A DNA stretch of 50,841 nt, from the NCBI GenBank assembly GCA_041739025.1, contig JBGSOU010000457.1, positions 1-50,841 on the forward strand. Direction: 5' to 3'. A program made the position numbers and the translations under genes. The notes beneath the pieces were generated by a model. The model saw nothing but the letters and a program-made list of their open reading frames with translations, ran no database searches and had not been told where the DNA came from. The first letter of the stretch is position 1. The number at the start of each line of letters is the position of its first letter. Positions 21,394-31,852 of this stretch are shown piece by piece. The DNA comes from Hyphomonas sp. (GTDB lineage Bacteria; Pseudomonadota; Alphaproteobacteria; Caulobacterales; Hyphomonadaceae).

Positions 21394-21981
21394 TTATTTC
21401 GGGGCAGCAGGCGCGCGCTGACGAACCACGTTGATCGCTGTCGTCTTTGCGTCGAGTTTTGCAACGACATTGGCGCTAACGTCGACTGAATCAGCGGTGA
21501 AAACCGCCTGGCTCTTCGACAGGACCACCTGAACGTTTTTCTCTTTCACGACATCGAGAAGCGCCGGCTCGAGCGCGACGTTGAAGTCCGAAAAGGCTTT
21601 CTGCTCGGTCGCGGCATATTCCTGAGAGACGATGTTCCGCTTCTGGGTGAAGTCATTGGTTTTCTTCTGGAAATCCTCGATTTGCTTCACCAGCGCCGCG
21701 TCACCGACGACAGCTTCGCGGGTTTTGCCCTGCAGCTTGCCAGCCAGCGCCTTGCGCTCGGTTTCCAGCGAATCCCGTGTCGGCTTGAGCTCGGCATTGA
21801 TCTGGTTTTCAATGTTCTTGAGCTTGGTGATCATGTCCTTGCCGGCCTTGCTGTCCGCAAGGATGCGGCCTTCGTCGATGACCACCACCACCGAACCTTG
21901 CGCCATGGCGACCGGAGAAACGGTGAAGAAGGTTGCCGTCGCCAGCGTAAACGCGGCGAGAATTGATTTCATGAGTTTCAT
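21394..21981 (-). CDS. skp: Skp/OmpH periplasmic chaperone
   Basis: Signal peptide, VVID...SKAGK motif, coiled-coil body, position between bamA and lpxD. Start at 21981 or 21972. Confidence 0.88.
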   Translation of the reverse strand: MKLMKSILAAFTLATATFFTVSPVAMAQGSVVVVIDEGRILADSKAGKDMITKLKNIENQINAELKPTRDSLETERKALAGKLQGKTREAVVGDAALVKQIEDFQKKTNDFTQKRNIVSQEYAATEQKAFSDFNVALEPALLDVVKEKNVQVVLSKSQAVFTADSVDVSANVVAKLDAKTTAINVVRQRAPAAPK

Positions 21982-22009
21982 TGGAGTTTCCTCTCTGGGG
22001 CTGTCGAGA

Positions 22010-24574
22010 TCAGAAGTTGGTTGATGTCGAGAAGCGGAACGACTCTGTACGGTCGTATTCTTCCTTGCGGAGAATTTGCGCGAAATCGAAGCGGATCGGA
22101 CCAAACGGCGAATCCCAGAACACGCTGAGACCGGCCGAGGCGCGAAGGGCGGCGGCGTCTTTCGGGATCCGAACGGCGGACAGGCCGGGATAACCAAGCT
22201 GTGTCGCGTCATTGATGAAGACGGGCGTGCCCTTGTCCACGTCTTCCAGCATGCCCAAAGAACCGACGTCCACAAACAGGGCGCTCTTGATCCCGTATTC
22301 TTCGGGAAGGAAGTTTGGAACCGTCAGCTCGAACGTGCCCTGATAGTAGAGGTTGCCGCCGAGCGAATTCAGACGGCTGGTGGTCACGACTTCGCCCGTA
22401 TTCGGATCGAAGACGCGAACGATTTCGCGCGGACCGAGGCCCGCCACGTCGAAGCCGCGGAAGGAATTGCCGCCCCGGAAAAAGCGGTTGTTGATCCGAA
22501 CACCCTGCTCGCTGTCGAGCGGCAGCACGTAACCCGCCGAGAACTTCGCGCTGGCCACCACATCACGCCAGATGCCGCGATACAGCGACGCGCCCGTCTC
22601 GGTACGGACGTACTGGACGTCACCGCCGAGGCCCGCGATATCCTGGCTGAACCGGAAATCAAATCCGCGTGTCGGAGAGATCGGATCGTTGGTCTGATCC
22701 CAGAAGAAGTTGTAACCGACAATGCTCGATATGTCGTTGCGTTCAGAGCGGCAGATGGTGTCCCGAAGCAGATAAGCTGGATCGCAACGATCAACCACAA
22801 GCTCTCCAACACCGGCATCGCCGGGTTCAGGCTCGCGGTAAACGTCGTCCGAGAAATCGTCCGGCGTGCTCTGACCGGCGATTTGCGTTGCGATCCGGAG
22901 GAGTTCGCCGGAAGTGCTGATGACGTAGTTGATGTCCGTGATGTTAACATCATCCGCCTGCAGACGGTAGCTGAGGCCCAGCTGCATCCGGTCGGTGAGC
23001 GGAAAGGCAACACGCACGCCGCCGCCGATCGTTTCACTGGTGAAGCCCGTGAATTCTTCGAAATCCTGCCGTGTGGCAAACAGGTCGACGCCGGCCGAGA
23101 GGTTGCGGTCAAGGAAACGCGGTTCTGTAAAGCGCATGTCCACGATTTGCTGGCGGCTCGAGAGCGACGTACGCGCGACCACTGACTGACCACGGCCGCG
23201 CAAGTTGCGCTGCGATGCACTGAGATCGAACAGATAGGCATCGACCGAGGAGAAACCGGCCGCGAACGTCAGCTCACCGGTCGACTGTTCAGTCACCTTG
23301 ATGTCCACCGTTGTGCGGTCCGGCTCTTCAGCCGGCGTTTCGATCACTTCGACATCCTTGAAGAAGCCGAGCGCCCGAATACGATTGCGCGAACGATCAA
23401 GCAGGATCCGGTTGAAGGCGTCGCCTTCCGCGATCCGAAGTTCACGGCGAATGACGCGGTCGAGTGTCTGCGTATTGCCGACGATGTTGACCCGGTCGAT
23501 GTAGACACGCGGGCCTTCATCAATCGCGAACGTGATGTCGATGGCGCCGGTCTGCTCGTTGACGCTGATTTGCGGACGGATGTCGACAAAGGCGTAACCG
23601 GCAACACCCGCCGCGTAGGTCAGAGCGTCGATCGTTGTTTCGATCAGGTCGCCCTGGAAGAGTTCGCCTTGCTGGATCGGCACAACAGCCGCCAGCACGT
23701 CGGCGTCGAGTTTCTCGAGCGCCGTTTCAACCTTGATCTCGCCGAAGTCGTACTGGCGTCCCTCATCCACCGTGAAGGTGATGTAGAAATCTTTCTGGTC
23801 CGGCGTCAGTTCGGCGACGGCAGAGGTCACCCGGAAATCATAATAGCCGTTGTTCTGGTAGAACTCGCGCAACTGCTCGCGGTCGAATTCCAGCCGTCCG
23901 GAATCGTAGTTGTCGTTCGAGCTGAAGAAGCGCCAGGCGCGCGACTGGCGGGTCACGATCTCACTGCGCAGGCGCGAGTCCGAATATTCCCGGTTTCCGA
24001 TGAAGTTGATGGCGCGTACGCCCGTGACCGGACCTTCAGTGATTTCGAAAATCAGGTCGACGCGGTTTTGTTCGAGCGGCTTGTATTGCGGCTCGACCTT
24101 CGCGGCGAAACGCCCTGAGCGGCGATACATCTCCAGCACGCGCTGGACGTCGGCCTGGACGCGCGCCGCCGTGAAGACGCCGCGCGGGGATGCCTGGATC
24201 TCTTCGCGCAGCTTGTCGTCCTTCAGGGCGCGGTTGCCCTCGAAGATGACGCGGTTGATGATCGGGTTTTCGACTACGCGGACGACAAGATCGTCTTCGC
24301 GCCGGTCGATCGACACATCTGCGAACAGATTGGTTGCGAACAGGGTTTTGAGGGACAGGTCGATCCGGTCGGGGTCAAAGGCATCGCCCGGCTCGATCAG
24401 CAGGTAGGACTGGACCGTACGAGCTTCGATACGCTTGTTGCCCTCGACCACAATCGAACGGATCGTGCCGCCATAGCGCGCATCTTCCTGGGCCTGTGCC
24501 GTAGAAAGCTGTCCGCTTGTGCCCAAGGCAAAGACACTTGTGGCGAAAACTGTCGCTGCGAGGAATTTACGCAT
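22010..24574 (-). CDS. bamA: Outer-membrane protein assembly factor BamA
   Basis: Signal peptide, POTRA repeats (VEGNKRIE, FEGNRAL, IVGNTQT), FRGF loop-6 motif, SPFGPIRFD and C-terminal Phe. Confidence 0.97.
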   Translation of the reverse strand: MRKFLAATVFATSVFALGTSGQLSTAQAQEDARYGGTIRSIVVEGNKRIEARTVQSYLLIEPGDAFDPDRIDLSLKTLFATNLFADVSIDRREDDLVVRVVENPIINRVIFEGNRALKDDKLREEIQASPRGVFTAARVQADVQRVLEMYRRSGRFAAKVEPQYKPLEQNRVDLIFEITEGPVTGVRAINFIGNREYSDSRLRSEIVTRQSRAWRFFSSNDNYDSGRLEFDREQLREFYQNNGYYDFRVTSAVAELTPDQKDFYITFTVDEGRQYDFGEIKVETALEKLDADVLAAVVPIQQGELFQGDLIETTIDALTYAAGVAGYAFVDIRPQISVNEQTGAIDITFAIDEGPRVYIDRVNIVGNTQTLDRVIRRELRIAEGDAFNRILLDRSRNRIRALGFFKDVEVIETPAEEPDRTTVDIKVTEQSTGELTFAAGFSSVDAYLFDLSASQRNLRGRGQSVVARTSLSSRQQIVDMRFTEPRFLDRNLSAGVDLFATRQDFEEFTGFTSETIGGGVRVAFPLTDRMQLGLSYRLQADDVNITDINYVISTSGELLRIATQIAGQSTPDDFSDDVYREPEPGDAGVGELVVDRCDPAYLLRDTICRSERNDISSIVGYNFFWDQTNDPISPTRGFDFRFSQDIAGLGGDVQYVRTETGASLYRGIWRDVVASAKFSAGYVLPLDSEQGVRINNRFFRGGNSFRGFDVAGLGPREIVRVFDPNTGEVVTTSRLNSLGGNLYYQGTFELTVPNFLPEEYGIKSALFVDVGSLGMLEDVDKGTPVFINDATQLGYPGLSAVRIPKDAAALRASAGLSVFWDSPFGPIRFDFAQILRKEEYDRTESFRFSTSTNF

Positions 24575-24610
24575 TCTCGAATACTCTTTCGTTCCTGGAG
24601 CCGAACCGCG

Positions 24611-25771
24611 TCAGCTGCTTCCCCGTACGAAAACGCCGGTCTCGAGAATATCTCCCCACGTGATCACGATCACCATCAAGAGCAACACTCCCATACTCAG
24701 CGCCACCGCCTCTTTTTGGCCTGGCATTTTTGAGCCTAACACTGCCTCGTATGCATGAAACACAACCCGCCCGCCATCCAGCACTGGCAGTGGCAAGAGG
24801 TTGAAAAAACCCACACCGACGGAGATGGCCGCGCAAAGGCTAAGCAGCACCCAGAACAGCCGCTCGAAGCGCGCCATCAGCGGCACTTCGGGCTGATCCA
24901 TGACCTTCGTGACAACCCGGCGCGACACGTCCGCAACGCCGACAGGTCCCGACAAGGTGTTGAATGACATCTTTCCGGTGACGATCCGGCCAAGCATCGT
25001 AACGGTGCGATCAATCGTGACGCCCGTCTCCTGCACACCGGCGACAACCGATTCGATGGGGCCATAACGGACCGTCTCGAACGTATCCGCCGGATACATC
25101 TGAACCCCGATCGTGCTCTGGGGAACCATCTGGCCAAACTCGTTCTCACGCACGACCTCTTGCGGGATTACGACGACCTGAGTTTCCGCCCCGTCCCGGT
25201 CCAGCGTCATCTGCAGCCGTGTCTTCGGGCTGAGCAGAACCGCCACCGTCACGTCGGACGCGTTGTGGATTGGATTGCCGTTGATGCTGACGATCTGGTC
25301 ACCTGCCAGAATGCCCGCTTGCTCAGCCGGGCTGCCGGCAATCGTGCTGGCCACCTTGACGACCTGCACGGTGACGCCGTGCACGCCGATGGAGGCAGAG
25401 AAGATCAGCGCCGCAAGGACAAAATTCGCAAAAGGCCCCGCGAGGCTGACGGCAATCTTCTTCAGCGGCCCGATTTCATCGAAGGGAACGCCCACGGGTT
25501 GCTCAGAACCGGGTTCGGCCTCGTCGAGTGACTGCCGGTCAATGAAGCTTACAAACCCGCCCAGCGGGATCCAGTTGAGGCGCCAGCGTGTGCCGCGCTT
25601 GTCCCGGAACTCAGTCATGGGCCGGCCAAAACCGACTGCAAAGGACTCAACCGCCACACCAAAACAGCGCCCGGCAAGATAGTGCCCGAGCTCATGGATA
25701 ACGATCACGATGCCCATCAAGAAGATCAGGCACGCGAGAAACAAGGGTCCCTGGCTGATCACTCCTTCCAA
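24611..25771 (-). CDS. rseP: Site-2 protease RseP (M50, PDZ domain)
   Basis: HELGH, AGPFANF, PDZ segment SPAEQAGILAGD and NLLPLPVLDGG. Start uncertain: TTG 25771 (AGGAGG 9 nt upstream) or GTG 25762. Confidence 0.93.
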   Translation of the reverse strand: MEGVISQGPLFLACLIFLMGIVIVIHELGHYLAGRCFGVAVESFAVGFGRPMTEFRDKRGTRWRLNWIPLGGFVSFIDRQSLDEAEPGSEQPVGVPFDEIGPLKKIAVSLAGPFANFVLAALIFSASIGVHGVTVQVVKVASTIAGSPAEQAGILAGDQIVSINGNPIHNASDVTVAVLLSPKTRLQMTLDRDGAETQVVVIPQEVVRENEFGQMVPQSTIGVQMYPADTFETVRYGPIESVVAGVQETGVTIDRTVTMLGRIVTGKMSFNTLSGPVGVADVSRRVVTKVMDQPEVPLMARFERLFWVLLSLCAAISVGVGFFNLLPLPVLDGGRVVFHAYEAVLGSKMPGQKEAVALSMGVLLLMVIVITWGDILETGVFVRGSS

Positions 25772-26973
25772 GCTGGCATCCCTCCTGCCCGGCTTGGGGC
25801 TCTTTTCAGTGCGTCCTCGGCGAAGCGCCGTCCGGTCTGATCCAGAAACGCAACTTCTTCCAATGTCGTGCACTTGGTAGAGGCGAATTCAGAGGAAGAA
25901 AAGCGCTCCAGTGCGGCTTCCACAGCCCAGCCGATATCCAGGAAGCCACATTCGCCCCCGACAAAGGCAGAAACTGCTGATTCATTAGCGGAATTTAATA
26001 TCACCGGCCCTGCGGGGCCCATGCTGCACGCCCGGCGAGCAAGTTCAATCGAACGGAACCTTTTGGTGTCCACAGGCGCGAAATCCAGTTGGCCGATCTG
26101 AGCCAGATCAAGGCGATCAACGAGCGTCTCGACCCGGTCCGGCCAGCCCAGCGCCAGCGAGATCGGGGTCCGCATATCCGGTGCGCCCAGCTGGGCCATC
26201 ACCGTGCCGTCCGTAAAGTGCGCCATCCCGTGCACGATCGACTGCGGATGGACCAGGACATCGATCTGCTCGGCCGAAACCTTGAAGAGGATGGCCGCTT
26301 CGATCAGTTCCAGCGCCTTGTTCATCAAGGTGGCGCTGTCTATCGAGATCTTGAGGCCCATGCTCCACTTCGGGTGCGCCGCGGCCTGTGCGGGCGTGGC
26401 TTTTGCCATGTCTTCGAGGGAAGTCAGCCGGAACGGGCCGCCCGAAGCGGTCAGCGTCAGCTTTTCAAGCGAGCGACCGTCGCCGAGGCACTGGAAAATT
26501 GCGCTATGCTCGGAATCGACCGGCATGATGGAAATTCCGGCCCGGTCTGCGGCGTCGAGCAGGATCGTGCCGGCACAGACCAGGCTCTCCTTGTTGGCCA
26601 AAGCCAGAGGATTGCCCGCCTCGACGGCCGCCATGGTGGATTTGAGACCCGCTGCGCCAACAATGGCGGCGAGGAAACGGTCACACGGCCGCTCCGCAGC
26701 CTCGATCATGGCGGTTTCACCCGCCGCGCACTCAATTCCGCTGCCGGCCAGCCGGCTGCGCAGTTCCGGCAAATGGGCTTCGTCGGCAATGACCGCGATC
26801 TCGGGGCGCATCTCGAGCGCTTGTGCAGCCAGGGCGGCCGCATTTCGCCCCGCAGACAGCGCAACGAGCTCAAATCGGGAGCCAGTCCGGTTCGCGTGCC
26901 GGATGACGTCGAGCGTCGATTGACCAACCGACCCGGTGGACCCGAAAATGGAAATACGCCTTGGGGCTTTCAT
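25759..26973 (-). CDS. dxr: 1-deoxy-D-xylulose-5-phosphate reductoisomerase
   Basis: GSTGSVG, LANKESLV, PVDSEHSAIFQ, LTASGGPF, HPKWSMG and KISIDSATLMNK. Confidence 0.97.
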   Translation of the reverse strand: MKAPRRISIFGSTGSVGQSTLDVIRHANRTGSRFELVALSAGRNAAALAAQALEMRPEIAVIADEAHLPELRSRLAGSGIECAAGETAMIEAAERPCDRFLAAIVGAAGLKSTMAAVEAGNPLALANKESLVCAGTILLDAADRAGISIMPVDSEHSAIFQCLGDGRSLEKLTLTASGGPFRLTSLEDMAKATPAQAAAHPKWSMGLKISIDSATLMNKALELIEAAILFKVSAEQIDVLVHPQSIVHGMAHFTDGTVMAQLGAPDMRTPISLALGWPDRVETLVDRLDLAQIGQLDFAPVDTKRFRSIELARRACSMGPAGPVILNSANESAVSAFVGGECGFLDIGWAVEAALERFSSSEFASTKCTTLEEVAFLDQTGRRFAEDALKRAPSRAGGMPAWKE

Positions 26974-26976
26974 GGA

Positions 26977-27795
26977 TCAGAGACCTAGCAGCCCCGGCAG
27001 GCTCGGAACACTCAGAAAAATCAACGTCGACAGGATGCTGACCGCGCCAAGCCCATCGACCCGGTCAAGCAGGCCGCCGTGGCCCGGTAATATGGTTCCG
27101 GAATCCTTCACCTTGAAACGGCGTTTTAGACCGCTTTCGAACAGATCGCCGGCCTGCGCTCCGATCGAGATCAAGACGCCGGCAACCATCCAGGGCAGAA
27201 CGGCGGCATCTTCCCAGCCGGCTGCCACGTAACCGCACAGCGCCGTGGCGATGACACCGGCAATGGCTCCGCTCCAGGTCTTGTTCGGGCTTTCCTTCGG
27301 CAACAGGCGCGGCCCCCGGAACATGCGCCCGAAGAAGTAGGCGGCCGCATCGGAGGCCCAGACGAACGACATGAAGTAGAGCGCCGCCAATCGCCCATCC
27401 CAAGGGCCATCCCGAAGAGTGAAGAGCCCGAAGACCATCGCGAAAACATAGACGACACCAAAACCTGCCGAGACACGTGAGGTTACCGCCCTTGGGGCCG
27501 ACACGATTGCCAGAACCGCCGCCGCCGTGAACAGGGCACCGGACATGCGGGCGTCGCCGGCACCCAGGCTCAATCCGAACAGGGCGGCGACAATCGCGAG
27601 GCTCACTTCATTCGGCGTGGCGCTCATCCGGCACCATTCGAGCATCATCACCGCGCAGAATGCGCTGCACCCGAGCGCCAGCCACCCGCCTCCCATCCAG
27701 ACCGCGAACAAGGCAAACGGGATGAGAATGAGCGCAGTGAGCAGGCGGCGTGGTAGCTCGGAGAACCGCTTGTCCGGCGGTGTCCAGTCGCCCAT
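26977..27795 (-). CDS. cdsA: Phosphatidate cytidylyltransferase
   Basis: Multi-TM protein with SPNKTWSG, GDLFESGLKR and KDSG-x-x-LPGHGGLLDRVD. Confidence 0.95.
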   Translation of the reverse strand: MGDWTPPDKRFSELPRRLLTALILIPFALFAVWMGGGWLALGCSAFCAVMMLEWCRMSATPNEVSLAIVAALFGLSLGAGDARMSGALFTAAAVLAIVSAPRAVTSRVSAGFGVVYVFAMVFGLFTLRDGPWDGRLAALYFMSFVWASDAAAYFFGRMFRGPRLLPKESPNKTWSGAIAGVIATALCGYVAAGWEDAAVLPWMVAGVLISIGAQAGDLFESGLKRRFKVKDSGTILPGHGGLLDRVDGLGAVSILSTLIFLSVPSLPGLLGL

Positions 27796-28553
27796 CAGGT
27801 CGCTCCAGGGGTCACCGAGCCAAAACGCCGTTCGCGCTCATGATACCGCAATATGGCGTTCGCGAGGTCCTCGCGGCCGAAATCAGGCCAGAGCACATCC
27901 ACAAACAGCAATTCAGCATAGGCCGCCTGCCAGAGCAGGAAGTTGCTGATCCGGTATTCGCCGCTCGTGCGGATCACGAGATCAGGATCCGGAAGGTCTT
28001 TCGTGTCGAGAAAGTCTGCAAAGCCCGTCTCAGACGGCTCGCCCTTGCACGTTCCATCCGCGATCGCTTTTGCGTACGCGGTCGCGGCCCGGAGAATCTC
28101 GTTTCGAGCGCCGTAGTTGAAGGCGATCGTGAGATGGAACCGCGTATTCTGTACCGTTTCCGCCTCCGCGCGGCCAACCAGCGCCGCAATGTCGGCGGGC
28201 AGTCCATCGCGTTGTCCGATGACCCGGATGCGCACCCCGTCCTGTTTCAGGCGCTGCAGATCTCGTTGCACATAGGCCTTCAGCAACGCGAACAGTGTGT
28301 TCACTTCCGCAGCCGGCCGGCGCCAGTTCTCGGTCGAAAACGAAAAGACGGTGAGATAGGAAATGCCCAGATCACGCGCCGCTTCGACGGTGCGCCGCAG
28401 TGCTTCCACACCGCGTTCGTGCCCTGCCGTCCGAGGCAAGCCCTTTGCGCTGGCCCAGCGGCCGTTTCCATCCATGATGATGGCGATATGCCGGGGGGCC
28501 GGAGGCTCGCCGCCGGAATGGGAAGGATCAGGGGAAATGCCTGCGCGGGCCAT
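27795..28553 (-). CDS. uppS: Undecaprenyl diphosphate synthase
   Basis: HIAIIMDGNGRWA, FSTENWRR and IRTSGEYRISNFLLWQ. Confidence 0.97.
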   Translation of the reverse strand: MARAGISPDPSHSGGEPPAPRHIAIIMDGNGRWASAKGLPRTAGHERGVEALRRTVEAARDLGISYLTVFSFSTENWRRPAAEVNTLFALLKAYVQRDLQRLKQDGVRIRVIGQRDGLPADIAALVGRAEAETVQNTRFHLTIAFNYGARNEILRAATAYAKAIADGTCKGEPSETGFADFLDTKDLPDPDLVIRTSGEYRISNFLLWQAAYAELLFVDVLWPDFGREDLANAILRYHERERRFGSVTPGAT

Positions 28554-29107
28554 TACACCTGCATGATCTCCGCTTCTTTGGCTTTCACGGCTTCGTCCAC
28601 GCGGTGCACGAAAGCATCCGTGAGTTTCTGAACTTCTTCGGCAAGACCGCGCGCGCTGTCTTCGCTGATATCGCCTGCTTTTTCCATCTTCTTCAGGGCA
28701 TCCATGCCGTCACGGCGAACGTTGCGCACGGCAATCCGGGCGGCTTCGGCGTACTTGCCGGCAATTTTCGTCAACTCGACGCGGCGCTCTTCGTTGAGCG
28801 CCGGAATAGGAATCCGCAGCGTTTGGCCATCCATGATCGGGTTGAGACCCAGACCGGATTCGCGGATGGCGCGATCAACGGCACCGACGACCGACTTGTC
28901 CCAGACGTTGACGGACAGCATGCGTGTATCGGTGACCGTGACCGACGCGACCTGGCTGAGCGGCGACACGCTGCCATAGGCCGAGACGTGGATCGAATCG
29001 AGCAGGTTCACAGAGGCCCTGCCCGTGCGCAGACCCGAGAATTCGGTCGCCAGCGACGCGAGGGCGCCCTCCATTCTCCGCTCAAGATCCTGCTTGCTGT
29101 AACTCAT
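28553..29107 (-). CDS. frr: Ribosome recycling factor
   Basis: LRTGRAS, NEERR and [10 protein letters not shown]. Confidence 0.97.
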   Translation of the reverse strand: MSYSKQDLERRMEGALASLATEFSGLRTGRASVNLLDSIHVSAYGSVSPLSQVASVTVTDTRMLSVNVWDKSVVGAVDRAIRESGLGLNPIMDGQTLRIPIPALNEERRVELTKIAGKYAEAARIAVRNVRRDGMDALKKMEKAGDISEDSARGLAEEVQKLTDAFVHRVDEAVKAKEAEIMQV

Positions 29108-29859
29108 TCACTCACCCCTCCGGTTTTGGAGATCGTCGTTGAAGTCCCGCGCCCGTGCAACACGTTAAGCAGCGAGCCTTCTTCCTTCAGCGAGAAAACG
29201 ACGATCGGAATATTGTTGTCACGCATCAGGCTGACAGCCGATGGATCCATGACGCGCAAATTCTTGATCAGCAGTTCGTCATAAGCAACCTGGTTGTAGC
29301 GCGTCGCGGTCGCATCGAGTTTCGGGTCCGCCGTGTAGACGCCATCGACCTGCGTCCCCTTCAGCAGCGCATCGCAATTCATCTCGATGGACCGCAGCGC
29401 CGCGCCAGTATCTGTCGTAAAAAAGGGATTGCCGATTCCTGCCGCAAAGATGACCACACGGCCCTTTTCCATATGCCTTTGGGCGCGGCGGCGAATGTAG
29501 GGCTCACAGACAGCGTCCATGCTGAGGGCCGATTGAACCCGCGTCGGCACCCCGATGCTTTCCAGCACGCTCTGCATGGCCAGGGCGTTCATGACAGTCG
29601 CCAGCATGCCCATGGAATCAGCCTGCGCGCGTTCCATGCCTTTGGCGGCGCCCGCAACACCGCGGAAGATGTTGCCGCCGCCAATCACCAGGCAGATTTC
29701 TGCACCTGCCGTCCGCGCGGCGGCGATGGCCTGCGCGAAAGTGATGCAGGTCGGAATGTCGATTCCGAACTGACCGGGCCCCATCAGAGCCTCTCCCGAC
29801 AGTTTCAGAAGGACACGCTTGTATTTCAAAGGGCTCTTTTCAGGTGCATCTGCCGGCAT
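29104..29859 (-). CDS. pyrH: UMP kinase
   Basis: [31 protein letters not shown] and DGVYTADP. Start at ATG 29859. Confidence 0.97.
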   Translation of the reverse strand: MPADAPEKSPLKYKRVLLKLSGEALMGPGQFGIDIPTCITFAQAIAAARTAGAEICLVIGGGNIFRGVAGAAKGMERAQADSMGMLATVMNALAMQSVLESIGVPTRVQSALSMDAVCEPYIRRRAQRHMEKGRVVIFAAGIGNPFFTTDTGAALRSIEMNCDALLKGTQVDGVYTADPKLDATATRYNQVAYDELLIKNLRVMDPSAVSLMRDNNIPIVVFSLKEEGSLLNVLHGRGTSTTISKTGGVSE

Positions 29860-29890
29860 CGTTTCCACCGATCTCTCTCTACCAAGAACC

Positions 29891-29929
29891 AAAAAAAGTC
29901 CCGGCTGGGCGAAACCGCCAGCCGGGACT
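29891..29929 (-). terminator. Intrinsic terminator downstream of rpsB-tsf
   Basis: Perfect 12-bp stem AGTCCCGGCTGG/CCAGCCGGGACT (29897-29908 / 29918-29929) with a 9-nt loop, followed on the minus strand by a U-run (A7 at 29891-29897 on +). Confidence 0.9.
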
Positions 29930-29965
29930 GTTCAAACCCCTTCACGGGCAGAAACGCAAGCCTGA

Positions 29966-30871
29966 TCAGGCGCCTTTTGTCATCGAAGCGACTTCGGCCG
30001 CGAAGTCGGTTTCTTCCTTTTCAACGCCCTCACCGAGCTTGAAGTGAACGAACGACTTCAGCACGGCGCCTTGCGCCTGGAGGAATTCGCCGACCGTCTT
30101 GTCAGGGTCCATGATGAAAGGCTGCTCGTTGAGCACGACTTCCTTGTAGAACTTCTGCATCCGTCCGACGATCATCTTTTCGATCACCGAATCCGGCTTG
30201 CCGCTCTCGCGGGCCTGTTCGGTCAGAACGCGCTTCTCGGACTCGATCAGCGCCGGGTCGAGTTCGGCCGTCGTTGCTGCGGCCGGCGAAGTTGCAGCGA
30301 TGTGCATGGCAACCTTTCGGCCTGCATCTTCCAGATCGCCGGTGCCTTCCAGAGCCACCAGTACCCCAACCTTGCCCATGCCGGGCGCGGCGGCGTTGTG
30401 GATGTAGGACGAAACGCGGCCCGAGGTCGAAACCTTTGCGGCGCGGCGCAGCGTCATGTTTTCGCCGATCGTAGCGATCATGCGCTTGATCATGTCGTCA
30501 ACCGAACCTTCGCCGTCCGGCGCGGGGGCAGCCGACACCGCCGCGACCGAGCCATCGGTCGTCAGGGCGACGGCGCTGATGCCGTCGAGCGCTTTCTGGA
30601 AATTCTCGTTGCGCGACACGAAGTCCGTCTCGGCGTTCAGCTCGACGATCGCGGCCGACTTTCCGTCCGCCGCGAGTTTCACGGCAACGAGGCCCTCAGC
30701 CGCAGCGCGGCCCGATTTCTTCGCAGCCTTCGACAGGCCTTTTGCGCGCAGCCATTCAACGGCGGCGTCTTCATCGCCGTCGTTCTCGACGAGCGCCTTC
30801 TTCGCATCCATCATGCCTGCGCCAGTCTTCTCGCGCAGTTGTTTCACAAGTGCCGCTGTAATCTCAGCCAT
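29966..30871 (-). CDS. tsf: Elongation factor Ts
   Basis: [31 protein letters not shown] and DFAAEVA. Confidence 0.98.
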   Translation of the reverse strand: MAEITAALVKQLREKTGAGMMDAKKALVENDGDEDAAVEWLRAKGLSKAAKKSGRAAAEGLVAVKLAADGKSAAIVELNAETDFVSRNENFQKALDGISAVALTTDGSVAAVSAAPAPDGEGSVDDMIKRMIATIGENMTLRRAAKVSTSGRVSSYIHNAAAPGMGKVGVLVALEGTGDLEDAGRKVAMHIAATSPAAATTAELDPALIESEKRVLTEQARESGKPDSVIEKMIVGRMQKFYKEVVLNEQPFIMDPDKTVGEFLQAQGAVLKSFVHFKLGEGVEKEETDFAAEVASMTKGA

Positions 30872-30914
30872 GGCTTTGATCCTTCAGTTGAATTGTTGCG
30901 CCAGAGGCGCCGAA

Positions 30915-31706
30915 TCAGACTTCGCCCGAAGCCGCTTCGCCGGCGAGCTGGACGTCTGCATCGGCAATCGCCGAAACATCCGACATCGCGCCGAGATCCA
31001 CGCCGAGACCCGCCGTCGATTCGGCAAGACCATCCAGCACGGCATCTGCAAACAGGTTGCAATAGAGCGAGATGGCACGTGCGGCGTCGTCGTTGCCCGG
31101 GAAACCGAAATCGGCGTCCGACGGGTCGCAGTTGGTGTCGAGCACGGCAACCACCGGAATACCCAACTTGCGGGCTTCCTGAACGGCGATCGCTTCCTTG
31201 TTGGTATCGATGACGATGATCGCAGCCGGCAGGCCGCCCATGTCGGCGATCCCGCCGAGAGCGCGGTGCAGCTTCTCGCGGCGACGCTGCAGGTCGAGCA
31301 GCTCTTTCTTGGTGAGGCCCGAGCCGCCACCGGCTTCAAACATTGCGGTCAGTTCGCGCAGCTGCTTGATCGAGTTGGACACGGTGGCCCAGTTCGTCAG
31401 CGTGCCGCCGAGCCAGCGGTGGTTCATGTAATACTGCGCGCAGCGCTGGGCAGCTTCTGCAACGGGATCCTGCGCCTGGCGTTTGGTGCCGACGAACAGG
31501 ATGCGGCCACCCTTGGCCACCGTATCGCGCACAAAGACGAGCGCCTGGTGCAGCGACGGCACCGTGTGCGACAGGTCCATGATGTGGATGCCGGAGCGCT
31601 CGCCGTAGATGTACGGCTTCATGCGCGGGTTCCAGCGGTGGGTCTGGTGACCGAAGTGAACACCAGCTTCGAGCAGCTGACGCATAGAAAAGTCAGGTAG
31701 GGCCAT
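30915..31706 (-). CDS. rpsB: 30S ribosomal protein S2
   Basis: [35 protein letters not shown] and PGNDDA. Confidence 0.98.
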   Translation of the reverse strand: MALPDFSMRQLLEAGVHFGHQTHRWNPRMKPYIYGERSGIHIMDLSHTVPSLHQALVFVRDTVAKGGRILFVGTKRQAQDPVAEAAQRCAQYYMNHRWLGGTLTNWATVSNSIKQLRELTAMFEAGGGSGLTKKELLDLQRRREKLHRALGGIADMGGLPAAIIVIDTNKEAIAVQEARKLGIPVVAVLDTNCDPSDADFGFPGNDDAARAISLYCNLFADAVLDGLAESTAGLGVDLGAMSDVSAIADADVQLAGEAASGEV

Positions 31707-31790
31707 AGATTTTCTCCATCCGGTTGGCCGTCGCAGGGTGGAACTACGGGACTAGCCCGTCGCACCGGATGCACCCGCGACATGGTTTAG
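31707..31790 (-). promoter_or_regulatory. Structured rpsB 5' leader (S2 autoregulatory leader-like)
   Basis: Complementary segments CATCCGGT/ACCGGATG and TCGCGGGTG/CACCCTGCGA, plus an ACGGG/CCCGT hairpin, immediately upstream of the GGAG SD. Confidence 0.6.
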
Positions 31791-31799
31791 AAGTGCGCT

Positions 31800-31827
31800 C
31801 CTATACATCTTCCGGCGCCCGGAGCAA
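31800..31827 (-). promoter_or_regulatory. Putative rpsB-tsf sigma70 promoter
   Basis: On the minus strand, TTGCTC-16 nt-TATAGG, about 95 nt upstream of the rpsB ATG. Confidence 0.45.
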
Positions 31828-31852
31828 GCTCAAACCACCGAAACCTCCGGCT

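Noticed and set aside
25984-25998. AT-rich patch ATTAGCGGAATTTAA in the dxr 3' end as a CtrA box
   Set aside because: Only one proper TTAA half-site; it does not fit TTAA-N7-TTAA and lies in coding sequence.
30911-30917. TGATTCG (GcrA-type motif) upstream of tsf
   Set aside because: It includes the rpsB stop codon, is a single site, and tsf is normally co-transcribed with rpsB; likely chance.
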